A stretch of DNA of 64,000 nucleotides from an uncultured bacterium (GTDB lineage: Bacteria > Patescibacteriota > Minisyncoccia > UBA6257 > 2-01-FULL-56-20): NCBI GenBank assembly GCA_963719425.1, contig OY970382.1, positions 522,880 to 586,879 on the forward strand, in the 5' to 3' direction. The translations under genes were made by a program, and so were the position numbers. Below are positions 18,229 to 27,014 of the stretch, piece after piece (within the stretch, counting starts at the first letter, position 1; each line of letters opens with the position of its first letter). The notes beneath the pieces were generated by a model, which worked only from the letters and a program-made list of their open reading frames with translations, was not told the DNA's origin and did not search any database.

Positions 18229-18876
18229 ATGAAAACCGACCGGCTGAAAATGACGCTTGTCGTCCTCTCCGCTGCGGCGCTTGCCTTCGCCGTCCTCGCA
18301 GGTTTTATTGTTTTCTATCCCACCGGTTCTTACCAGCCCGTTGTACTACAAAATCGCGGCGCCACTTCTTCTTCCACTTCCTCTTCCACGGTTCTCCTAC
18401 CCTCCTCAACCACCTCATCAACAAGCACAACTTCCCCAACACCGGTGCTCACGGCAACCGCCGGCGGCTTCTCAAGCGAATATTCGTCGCCCTACCCCGT
18501 CCAGTGGTCCGAGGGCAACGAATCGTTCTCCATCACTGGCGCCGCGCTCCAAAATAACCAGCTCACGCTTTCGCTCGCCATCAAAATGGGTGCCGTTTCG
18601 GAATGCGTGCCGGTTAACCTCCGCCTCGTCGCGGACGAATTCGGAACGCTCCAACCACCGAGCGCGCCACCCGCGAGCACATTCACGTTTCCCGATACCC
18701 AATCCTGCGACGGCACGCCCGGCGCGACATACAGCGAATCGGTTGTTTTCAATATTGATCCCTCAATCCCCGCCCCGTTCCTTCTCACGACCGGCGGCGC
18801 ATCAAACGTTTTCTTCAATGTCGCAACGGACACCACGGGCGGCGTGGACGTCACGCTGCCGTCTCACTCGGGGTAA
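18229..18876 (+). CDS. Membrane-anchored S/T-rich hypothetical protein
   Basis: N-terminal TM helix followed by a poly-S/T tract. No recognisable domain. Confidence 0.4.
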   Translation: MKTDRLKMTLVVLSAAALAFAVLAGFIVFYPTGSYQPVVLQNRGATSSSTSSSTVLLPSSTTSSTSTTSPTPVLTATAGGFSSEYSSPYPVQWSEGNESFSITGAALQNNQLTLSLAIKMGAVSECVPVNLRLVADEFGTLQPPSAPPASTFTFPDTQSCDGTPGATYSESVVFNIDPSIPAPFLLTTGGASNVFFNVATDTTGGVDVTLPSHSG

Positions 18877-18971
18877 TCTTCTGAACGCAATAGTGCCGTA
18901 GCGATACCGGGACGCCGCGTGCGGTGCAGCGCTTGAAACCCTGCGCGCTTCTGTTACACTACTAATCGTAT

Positions 18972-19283
18972 TCCGGCGTAGCTCAATGGTAGAGCGGCTC
19001 CCTGTCAAAGAAGGCAGCGCGCACTGGAAACGGTGCGATGAACATCTCGGGATAACGGTGAAGGCTAACCCGCAAGGCATGCGAACACCGTGGGAACCCC
19101 AGCCGTAAATGTGCGTTGCGCGCAGTTACGGCTGGGGACTCCGTAGAGACTAGATACCGAGACGCCTAATGTCCACTTTTCGGTTTTCGTGGGCGACGGC
19201 GATGATATAGTCCACGCCTTTTGGAAACATTGGGATTACGTGTAAGGAGATGGTTCCAGGTTCGAGTCCTGGCGCCGGAGCCA
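18972..19283 (+). tRNA. Intron-containing tRNA, most likely tRNA-Asn(GUU); group I intron in the anticodon loop
   Basis: 5' exon TCCGGCG-TA-GCTC-AATGGTA-GAGC-G-GCTCC-CTGT. 3' exon TAA-GGAGA-TGGTT-CCAGG-TTCGAGT-CCTGG-CGCCGGA-G-CCA. Perfect acceptor pairing. A U|...G| splice junction with an IGS GGCAG pairing to CUGU favours a loop of CUGUUAA. Splicing after U33 would instead give UGU (Thr). Confidence 0.6.
19006..19242 (+). ncRNA. Group I intron (~237 nt, no ORF) inside the tRNA anticodon loop
   Basis: Conserved core elements seen directly: R-like GUAGAGACUAGAUA (19150-19165) and S-like GAUGAUAUAGUCC (19201-19213) forming P7. Terminal G before the 3' exon. Candidate P1/IGS GGCAG near the 5' end. 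Several stable hairpins. Confidence 0.6.
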
Positions 19284-20769
19284 GTAGTTGGATTGAATGG
19301 GTTTTATTAAAATTTTCACGCGCGGAGCGAAGCTCCGCGTATGTTGTAGTGGGGATAAACTCGACACGGCGGTTTTTAAGAAAGAGGTTCGAGCCGAAAA
19401 TTTTCTGCAGGGATACCTTCTTCAAACTTAGGTCGTCATTGGTCACCGCTTCGGTGAGTAATGACGCGTCTTTTACCCATTCCCGCATAGGTTCGAGCCA
19501 AGCACAAACGTCCCGTCCCAAACGGGCAATCTGCTCCTCTAGAGTCTTCTTCTCTGACATAAGGACACAACGACGCTCAAGATAGGCGTCGCGCTCAATA
19601 TCTTGGGCGATATATATGTCGGTTAAGCGTTCCAACTGGCGGTCTATGTCCTTAACCTGCTCGCGCAGGGTTTGGATCGCGCGGGAGGCAACGCTTCCTG
19701 CTTTCTGTTCATCCTCTTTCATCCTCTGCTCATAGTATTCGACAAAAATCGGCGGCATGACGTATTGGGACAAGAGCGTGGAAAGATCGGCGGCGAGAGT
19801 TTCTTCGCGGACGTAGGGTTGTAAACATCGAACCGCCGACTTTTTGGTACAGCGATAATAGACGTAGCGGTGGACGTTTCCATTCTTTTGTTTTTTAATC
19901 CGCTCCTCGGCAGTGATCGCCATATGGCACTCGCCGCACGTGAGCAAGCCGCACAACGCTTGCGGGTCCTTCGTCGCAGTCTGCGGGTGGCCGCGCTTCA
20001 CGATAATTTTCTGCACCTTATCCCAAAGCCGCTTCTCAATGATCGGCGTATGTTTGCCTTCAAGCAGTTCTCCCTTGTAGACGAAATGGCCGTAGTAGAA
20101 CGGATTGGTGAGAATGAACTTCACGCGGTCTTCGTGCATCTCGTTGCCGTACAGACTTTTTACGCCGTTCTCGAACAGGAACTTGCCGATGTCTTGAATA
20201 CGGGAATTGCCCTTCGCATACAACTCGAAGGCCGCCCGTATGACGGGGGCCTTCTTCTTGTCCACGACAATCAACCTCGTGCGCGGATTGTTGAGATAGC
20301 CAACAGGAGCTGTACCAGGAAACTCGCCGCGCTTCGCTTTCTGCCGCAATCCCCGCGCCGTATTGGAACTCAGATCGCGGATATACTGGTTCGCCATTCC
20401 GAATTCGACGGACATCAAAAGTACGTTGTCGGCGGGATAGTAGCTTCGATCGTAGGCCTGAATGTGTGCTATCGTCCCACTTTGCAAGAGCCACTGGATT
20501 TGTGCCGCGTCCACTGGATTACGAGCTAAGCGGTCGATTTTCCAACAGATAATACCTTGGGCTTCGCCCGCGTTTATACGGGACATCATCTCATTAAATA
20601 TGGGACGGCCAGGAATTTTAGCCGTTTGTCGTTCCTCGAACTCCGCGACGATATTCAATCCTTCCTTCTTGGCAAGCTTATGCAAGACGGCAATCTGATC
20701 TTCAATCGAATGGACTTGCCTGTCCTTATCGTCGGTTGATTTGCGAGCATAGAGAAAATAGGTGGTCAT
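19150..20769 (-). CDS. Large serine recombinase (resolvase catalytic domain + recombinase domain + zinc ribbon); C-terminal ~90 codons overlap the IR and the tRNA/intron, so the true end is uncertain
   Basis: N-terminal YARKSTDDKDRQVHSIEDQ (catalytic Ser region) and the zinc ribbon CGLLTCGECH ... YYRCTKK. The reading frame continues through the tRNA 3' exon to a TAG inside intron element R. Confidence 0.75.
   Translation of the reverse strand: MTTYFLYARKSTDDKDRQVHSIEDQIAVLHKLAKKEGLNIVAEFEERQTAKIPGRPIFNEMMSRINAGEAQGIICWKIDRLARNPVDAAQIQWLLQSGTIAHIQAYDRSYYPADNVLLMSVEFGMANQYIRDLSSNTARGLRQKAKRGEFPGTAPVGYLNNPRTRLIVVDKKKAPVIRAAFELYAKGNSRIQDIGKFLFENGVKSLYGNEMHEDRVKFILTNPFYYGHFVYKGELLEGKHTPIIEKRLWDKVQKIIVKRGHPQTATKDPQALCGLLTCGECHMAITAEERIKKQKNGNVHRYVYYRCTKKSAVRCLQPYVREETLAADLSTLLSQYVMPPIFVEYYEQRMKEDEQKAGSVASRAIQTLREQVKDIDRQLERLTDIYIAQDIERDAYLERRCVLMSEKKTLEEQIARLGRDVCAWLEPMREWVKDASLLTEAVTNDDLSLKKVSLQKIFGSNLFLKNRRVEFIPTTTYAELRSARENFNKTHSIQLLAPAPGLEPGTISLHVIPMFPKGVDYIIAVAHENRKVDIRRLGI
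19280..19417. repeat. Inverted repeat IR-L (138 bp), begins at the tRNA CCA end and covers the last ~45 codons of the recombinase
   Basis: Reverse complement equals 22972..23109 with one mismatch (checked base by base). Confidence 0.85.
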
Positions 20770-21037
20770 AGGCTTTGTTCCTTTATAACAAGATAGAATA
20801 ATAAAATCAAGAGCAATACCTATTTTCAGGCTTAATTACTGGATAATTCACCCATTTCTAGGAATAAGATTATATTGGTGAAAAGGAACACGACGATTAA
20901 TAACACCTATAAATACCGTGTTTACTCATCAATCTCAATGCTAACCACTAGCATTTACTGTACGGGGCTTGCAAGTAATCGCTAACTATGCTAGGGTCAT
21001 AAGTGCCGAGAGCCATCGGCCTTAATCAATTCAAACT

Positions 21038-21454
21038 ATGCCAAAACAACACGACATACTAAAGAAACTTTTTACGGATGATTCTGAGGTCAATCCTGAA
21101 GAACTCTTTAAGCTATTATCCCCTTTTGTCAGAATAAATAAAAAGAGTAAGGAGGTGGTTTTCTTAGACGAGGCTCATAAACAATCTGTAAAAAATAAGA
21201 TCGTCCTTTTCTTATTAGCCAAGAAGGTACTCTTTTTATTAGGTGAAGCTGATACCGATCACGTTCAACCTAAGATTATTATTAAAGAATCTGGGATGCC
21301 AAGAGGGACCGTGCTACCGACATTGAAATCTCTTCGCGATAGTAAAACTGGCTCTTTCGTAAGCACTGAAGACGGTTCTTACTATATCTCCAGTTATCAG
21401 ATCGCCAAGATAAAAGAAAAAAACATTTTTAAGAACCATGAAAAAGACAAATAA
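21038..21454 (+). CDS. Hypothetical protein (AT-rich segment)
   Basis: ORF in a compositionally distinct low-GC block. Confidence 0.4.
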   Translation: MPKQHDILKKLFTDDSEVNPEELFKLLSPFVRINKKSKEVVFLDEAHKQSVKNKIVLFLLAKKVLFLLGEADTDHVQPKIIIKESGMPRGTVLPTLKSLRDSKTGSFVSTEDGSYYISSYQIAKIKEKNIFKNHEKDK

Positions 21455-21785
21455 AGAAATCATTGATCAGATAAGAGTTCTACTGAATGAGCTAGAGGGA
21501 TCGAAGCCCAGAGAACTGAACGCCCAGACTCATCATGCTAAGCAAACGATGAAGATCGGAAGGATTCCGACGGGCTGTATAGGTGCTATCCAGACATTAG
21601 TCGATGAGGGATTCTTAGATGAACTCCGAACTGTCCAGCAGGTTGTCGTAAAACTCAGGGAAGAAGGACAACCCTACAGCAGAGCATTAGTCTCTATGAA
21701 CTTATTGAATTTAGTGAAGCCTCCTCGGAAATTACTCCGACGCGTTAAAGATCAAGATCAGTGGCAATACATACTTAGAAAATAA
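21438..21785 (+). CDS. Hypothetical protein (AT-rich segment)
   Basis: ORF overlapping the previous stop by 17 nt, suggesting an operon. Confidence 0.4.
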   Translation: MKKTNKEIIDQIRVLLNELEGSKPRELNAQTHHAKQTMKIGRIPTGCIGAIQTLVDEGFLDELRTVQQVVVKLREEGQPYSRALVSMNLLNLVKPPRKLLRRVKDQDQWQYILRK

Positions 21786-21787
21786 AC

Positions 21788-22183
21788 ATGGCCAATCAAC
21801 TTAAAGACATACTAGACCGACTGACTAGATTAGAGGAGGTGGTGTTTGGTAACAAAGAGAAACCCGATAGTAAATTAAAGATACCAAATAAGAAAGGCAG
21901 ACTAGATTTCTCTCTTAACGAGAGAGCCTTTCTAAAAAAATACTTCTTTAAGTTTAATGGTCAACAAACATTCGCTTTAATTTGCGCTGCCTTATCGAAG
22001 GGAAAAACGGACACTCCAATCAATCTCTCGGGTATAAAGAAGACTTGGAAAAATTGCCAAGGAATCATTAAGTATCCATACAGTTCTATCTACTCTACCA
22101 GAGCGAAAGAGAACAATTGGGTTGTTCCAGGAAATAAGGCTACCTATTCGATTCGGCCTTCGTGGATAGAAATATTTAATTAA
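21788..22183 (+). CDS. Hypothetical protein (AT-rich segment)
   Basis: ORF tightly packed with its neighbours. Confidence 0.4.
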   Translation: MANQLKDILDRLTRLEEVVFGNKEKPDSKLKIPNKKGRLDFSLNERAFLKKYFFKFNGQQTFALICAALSKGKTDTPINLSGIKKTWKNCQGIIKYPYSSIYSTRAKENNWVVPGNKATYSIRPSWIEIFN

Positions 22184-22187
22184 TCCG

Positions 22188-22964
22188 ATGACAGAGGAAG
22201 AAGCTATCAAAAATGTATTGATCAAGGTCTTCCCTGCCAAGCACATTACCTCCGCGCTCGAACACTTCTCAGAGGCAGAGACAAAGTACCAACAGGAGGA
22301 TTGGGAAAAATCCTTATTGAGAAGTGGCAAGTTTATCGAATCAACATTAAAAGCCTTGTACGTTTATGCTGGTAAAACATTGCCGCCTAGTCGGCAATTT
22401 AAGGTCAGCACGGTCATTCAACAATTAGGACAACTTAGTAATAGCTACGACGACACTATCAGGCTAACCATCCCTCGTAGCTGCTCTTTCATTTACGATA
22501 TAGTTAGCAATCGAGGTGCGCGGCACGATTCAGACGATTTTGATCCAAATAAGATGGACGCTAGTGTTTCGATACCAACAATTTCATGGATATTGTCTGA
22601 AATGATCCGTTTCGCGAGTCAAACATCGCCGAGTAACGATGACGTTACTTCATTCACTGAGAGTCTGATGGAGAAAAAACATCCCCTATTTGAAACGATA
22701 GATGGCAGAATCTATGTTAACCACAAAGGATTGACTCCAAAGGATTTAGCCCTACTACTCTTATACGCGTACTATCCTAAAAGAATATCGCGAAAGGAAC
22801 TAACAGATTCTATAGAGAGGCATGGCAACTTTACCAGAAATGCAATTGCTATCGCGCTAACGAATATCAAAGACTTGGTTGATGATGACGGGACTGGTAA
22901 TTGGAAACTTCGTGAAATCGGCAGAGCTAAAGCCGCGCGGATATTAAATACATTACACTCATAG
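22188..22964 (+). CDS. Hypothetical protein (AT-rich segment)
   Basis: 258 aa ORF with no motif recognised. Confidence 0.4.
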   Translation: MTEEEAIKNVLIKVFPAKHITSALEHFSEAETKYQQEDWEKSLLRSGKFIESTLKALYVYAGKTLPPSRQFKVSTVIQQLGQLSNSYDDTIRLTIPRSCSFIYDIVSNRGARHDSDDFDPNKMDASVSIPTISWILSEMIRFASQTSPSNDDVTSFTESLMEKKHPLFETIDGRIYVNHKGLTPKDLALLLLYAYYPKRISRKELTDSIERHGNFTRNAIAIALTNIKDLVDDDGTGNWKLREIGRAKAARILNTLHS

Positions 22965-22971
22965 TTTATAA

Positions 22972-23109
22972 GGTATCCCTCCAGAAAATTTTCGGCTCGA
23001 ACCTCTTTCTTAAAAACCGCCGTGTCGAGTTTATCCCCACTACAACATACGCGGAGCTTCGCTCCGCGCGTGAAAATTTTAATAAAACCCATTCAATCCA
23101 ACTACTGGC
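22972..23109. repeat. Inverted repeat IR-R (partner of 19280..19417); on the + strand it encodes ...KVSLQKIFGSNLFLKNRRVEFIPTTTYAELRSARENFNKTHSIQLL then ASSYESTRTYFARNLS*
   Basis: Direct comparison. It would provide an alternative, stop-terminated 3' end for the recombinase if the segment inverted. Confidence 0.85.
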
Positions 23110-23149
23110 TAGTTCGTATGAGTCCACTCGTACCTATTTTGCCCGAAAT

Positions 23150-23520
23150 TTGAGCTGATTTACCCCATCATTCACCCCATCATTCGGGTATACTCGGAAT
23201 GATGGGGTAGGAAACCGAAATGCCCCCGTATATGCTCGCTTTTCTGTCGCACCGCCTCACAAACCTCAGACCCTACTTCACTCCGGTTTACCCCTACGTT
23301 CACCCCTACGTTCGGGATATGCCGGAACGTAGGGGTATGAAGTCTCAATCTCCTTACAAACGTTGGGATTTTTGATCCTCGCCGTTCAAAACTGGAAGTC
23401 CTACTTCACTCCGTTTCTGCCCTACCCAAGTGGTGTGCTCAGCCCCTCAGCCGCTCGCTGCTGCTCGGGCTTCGGGGCTTCGCGTATGGCGCGCCCAAAT
23501 TCCTCCCCCACAAAATAGCT
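23150..23520. repeat. Left arm of a ~400 bp imperfect inverted-repeat pair; contains two doubled-arm hairpin modules (23166-23215 and 23290-23340), three ctacttcactccg motifs and a 74-bp block (23436-23509) perfectly mirrored at 26465-26540
   Basis: Reverse-complement comparison with 26430..26800. Confidence 0.75.
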
Positions 23521-23571
23521 CACGGCCGCATGGCCGAGAAAATTAATAAAGATGTAAAATGTAGATGAATC

Positions 23572-25956
23572 ATGTCCAAACTAACAAAACAACAAAGACG
23601 TTCGAGAAGGAAGAGGCGGAAAGATAAGAAACGCAGAGAGAAACGCCTAAGCAGCAAAAAGACTAGGCAAAAAGCCGAGCCGTGGGTTCCTGTAAAAATG
23701 AAAATGTTTGAATTCCCCAATCCATTTCCCTCAAATGTCCCACAAGAGAAACGTTTGGAGATAATCAGATCGATAGGGGCAAACGCTAAAAGGGAGTTTG
23801 ATTTGAAATATCCAAAGATCGAAGAGTGGTTTAAAAAGTATGATCCCTTATATCTATTATCTTTTTGTCTTACTTATTTCGCATCAACACCAGAAGGAAT
23901 AGACCCAGAGGCTACTGGAGAAATGGACTTCTTTCCGTTCTATATAGAAATTATGCAAGCATTTGCGTTATATCAGGAGAGGAATTACTCTCCTAACCCC
24001 CTTTTCGGCGATGCTTCTGTTTTGAATAAAGAAATCAAAGAAATTGGAGAGCTTATGAGCGTAAGATTGATAGACATTCCTAAGGATCTAAAGACTGATG
24101 AAGAAATCCTTGCCTATAAATTAAGGACTGAAATGATGATGCAAACAACAGCTGTGAGGAATTGGGCATATTTTCATCAAATGAAAAGAGTCTCCTTGGC
24201 GTTGGCTAGTAAGATTGATAGTGATTTTAAAAAAAGCTTTGGCATCGGATCTTCTGATTTGATGAAGCTATTATTTAAACTTTCTGAAGAAAGAAATGAC
24301 TTATTAAACGACCATCTGGATAGAGTAAGAAGTTTTATAAATAAGCCTGATTATAAAGAAATAATGGAGGCGTACAACCAAGCATTCCCATCTAACAAAC
24401 GAATTGAGGCGAATGAAATGGAAGAACTCTGGAACAAAGCTGGCAAGAATAAGAAACATTTGACCGAGATGCTAATTTGCCACGCTGATTTAAAGTTGGA
24501 GAATATTTACTCTTTCACGGTAGACCATGCACTATCTCTCCTCGATGGAAATATAACCAAAGAAACTCTTAAAAATATCCTAAAAAAACTTTCTTACAAT
24601 TTTGGGGGGCTGAAAGATTTTAATAAAGAGCACATTATTCTTAGCAATCCAGTGCACAGTAAACCATTCATTAAGATTGATGAGGAAAAGTTCTATTCCG
24701 CAATTTGGGTGATATTGCCGCACCTTACATTAGACCTACTAGAAGATTTTGTCTGGGAAGATGAGGATCTTCGAGAAAAATATTCTGATATAAGATCGAA
24801 ATATCTGGAAGATGAAATAGTCAAGCTTTTTAAGAGTAATTTTCCGAATGGTACAGTTAGCAGGGGCAGTCTTTGGAAAAGTGGAATTCTTGGAAGGGAG
24901 TATGAAAACGATCTCACTCTTACTATTGATACATTCGCCATTGTAGTTGAAGCGAAATCTCAGAAATTAAGCGATCCGGCCAAACGGGGCGCACCCAAAA
25001 GATTGTTCGAAACCCTTAAAGAGTTAATAGAAGAACCATCTGAACAGGCTTTGAGATTTATAGATTATTTACAAAAGAATAAAAAGGTTCATGCATTTAA
25101 AAATAAACACGGAGAAACCAATACCATCGACAGCACCAAAATTAAGTATTACGTACCTCTCGGAGTAACTTTCTCTCATTTGGGTATGATTGGAAGTAAC
25201 TTAAAGAAACTGATTGAAGCCAAAGTCACAGACAAGCCTCTCGAAAAACTGGCTCCATCCATAAATTTTACCGACCTTGAAGGGGTCTTTGAGTTACTCC
25301 CGCTAGAAGCGGAGAAGATTCACTACCTAGCGAGAAGAAGAGAATTTGAAGCTCACGTTGAATACGATGGCGATGAGTTAGATCTTCTGGCCCTCTATCT
25401 CGAAAACGGATTCAATATCGGAGTTGCTGAGTACGACAAGAAGCATGTCTTCTTTCTTGGCATTAAATCAAAAGAATTAGATCCATATTTCATTGGAATA
25501 AACGAAGGAAGGAAGATCGCTAAACCAGAATTTGCTATGACTCAGTGGTGGAAAGATCTACTGACTACTATTTCTATGAGGAAATTTGATGGTTGGATAG
25601 AAACTTCCTTTGTTTTACTTAACAGCACCAAAGAAGATCAGGAGAAGTTTGAGGCGGGATTAAAAGAACTAATGGGACGCATTAAATCTGGGAAGGTTGA
25701 GAAGCCTCATAATTGGGTAGCTTTTATAACGGGGCCGGAAAGACGGCGATATGCAATTATTGGATATCCATATACCACTTCAGACAAAGAACTACGCGAT
25801 ACAATAATGTCTGAGGCAATTGACGGATCCGAAAAAGAGCACAAGGACATTCGAGGGATTGTGGTAATAGGAATAGACATGAATCATGCCAACTATCCTT
25901 ATAGTGTCTTCGCGCGAAGATTATCCACAAATCTTTTTGATACACTCACGCTTTAA
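23572..25956 (+). CDS. Large hypothetical protein (794 aa), extremely basic N-terminus (KQQRRSRRKRRKDKKRREKR...), possible PD-(D/E)xK-like motif (TIDTFAIVVEAKS)
   Basis: Single long ORF at ~35-40% GC. The nuclease-like motif is a weak visual call only. Confidence 0.45.
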   Translation: MSKLTKQQRRSRRKRRKDKKRREKRLSSKKTRQKAEPWVPVKMKMFEFPNPFPSNVPQEKRLEIIRSIGANAKREFDLKYPKIEEWFKKYDPLYLLSFCLTYFASTPEGIDPEATGEMDFFPFYIEIMQAFALYQERNYSPNPLFGDASVLNKEIKEIGELMSVRLIDIPKDLKTDEEILAYKLRTEMMMQTTAVRNWAYFHQMKRVSLALASKIDSDFKKSFGIGSSDLMKLLFKLSEERNDLLNDHLDRVRSFINKPDYKEIMEAYNQAFPSNKRIEANEMEELWNKAGKNKKHLTEMLICHADLKLENIYSFTVDHALSLLDGNITKETLKNILKKLSYNFGGLKDFNKEHIILSNPVHSKPFIKIDEEKFYSAIWVILPHLTLDLLEDFVWEDEDLREKYSDIRSKYLEDEIVKLFKSNFPNGTVSRGSLWKSGILGREYENDLTLTIDTFAIVVEAKSQKLSDPAKRGAPKRLFETLKELIEEPSEQALRFIDYLQKNKKVHAFKNKHGETNTIDSTKIKYYVPLGVTFSHLGMIGSNLKKLIEAKVTDKPLEKLAPSINFTDLEGVFELLPLEAEKIHYLARRREFEAHVEYDGDELDLLALYLENGFNIGVAEYDKKHVFFLGIKSKELDPYFIGINEGRKIAKPEFAMTQWWKDLLTTISMRKFDGWIETSFVLLNSTKEDQEKFEAGLKELMGRIKSGKVEKPHNWVAFITGPERRRYAIIGYPYTTSDKELRDTIMSEAIDGSEKEHKDIRGIVVIGIDMNHANYPYSVFARRLSTNLFDTLTL

Positions 25957-25968
25957 TAACAAGAGGGC

Positions 25969-26346
25969 TTAGTTTTTGAATTTTTCCAAAATCAGCCCAA
26001 CCAGCCAGTAGCAGAATCGGTAGAGCACGAAAGTGAGCACGTCAAAATAGGGATTGAAAATGATTCCCCATCCTGCTATCCAGATGATGATTGCCAGAAT
26101 CCCAAAAAAGAATATGTGGTAGAGCAGACTGCCGAGCATACCCGTTTCTCCTAGCAGGGCTTTTACCGAAGCGAGAACGAGAAGGAAGAAAAGGCCTCCG
26201 ACTATCCACGGCAGATAAGGCACTGAAGCACGCAGAGTTGCGGTGGCGACAGTTTGGAATATGAAGGTGCCCATTTCCGTTGAGGAGGCCAGAATCCTTT
26301 GGCCTAAATCCGGCGGTAGCTTGATAACTGGCAGGGTCGAGGTCAT
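25969..26346 (-). CDS. Small integral membrane protein (125 aa, 4 TM)
   Basis: Hydrophobic ORF convergent with the 794 aa gene. Confidence 0.4.
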   Translation of the reverse strand: MTSTLPVIKLPPDLGQRILASSTEMGTFIFQTVATATLRASVPYLPWIVGGLFFLLVLASVKALLGETGMLGSLLYHIFFFGILAIIIWIAGWGIIFNPYFDVLTFVLYRFCYWLVGLILEKFKN

Positions 26347-26429
26347 TTCAAGCCAAACATAAGCCAGTAGGACGATAAGGTCAAATCAAGCGTAGTTTCA
26401 TAGAAAACCACCTATTCAGAAAGATGTTG

Positions 26430-26800
26430 AGCTACCACCCTCGGGCGCGCCAAAAGGAGGGGTTGGGGGAGGAATTTGGGCGCGCCATACGCGAAGCCCC
26501 GAAGCCCGAGCAGCAGCGAGCGGCTGAGGGGCTGAGCACAGACCCGTTTAGGGGTATTGTCGGGGGTCAGGGTTTTCGAGAAAAGCGAGGTCTTGTAAGG
26601 GCAGAAGGCCGTCAGGGTAGTCAATCGTGATTGACGGGGTGATTGACTAGGTAAACCGGAGTGAAGTAGGACTTTGGATTTTGTCCGGCGAAACTCAAAA
26701 AGCCCAGCGTTTGCGGGGCGATCTGGACTTGCTACCCCTTCATTCCGAGCATACCCGAATGAAGGGGTGAATGAAGGGGTAAAACAATCAGGAATTTGCC
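26430..26800. repeat. Right arm of the ~400 bp imperfect inverted-repeat pair; contains one doubled-arm hairpin module (26737-26790) in inverted orientation
   Basis: See the left arm. Hairpin loop CGAGCATACCC is the reverse complement of left-arm loop GGGTATACTCG with one change. Confidence 0.75.
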
Positions 26801-27014
26801 ATAAAATACGCTTGGATCTGCTCATACAAGCGAGCAGTACTGGACTTTGAGAGTACAAATCGAATAAATCGCTAAGTTTCATGCGCTTTCTGTGGTCATG
26901 TCACTATTAGACCACACGGATCATTAAAAAATTCTAAAATCCGAGCCTTGCGAAAACCCGTTTCAGGAACATGTCAGGTAGAATAATTGACGTCTGATCC
27001 GACATAAGCGTACC

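Noticed and set aside
26412-26882. 156-aa ORF
   Set aside because: It lies entirely on the right inverted-repeat arm and is the mirror of non-coding left-arm sequence.
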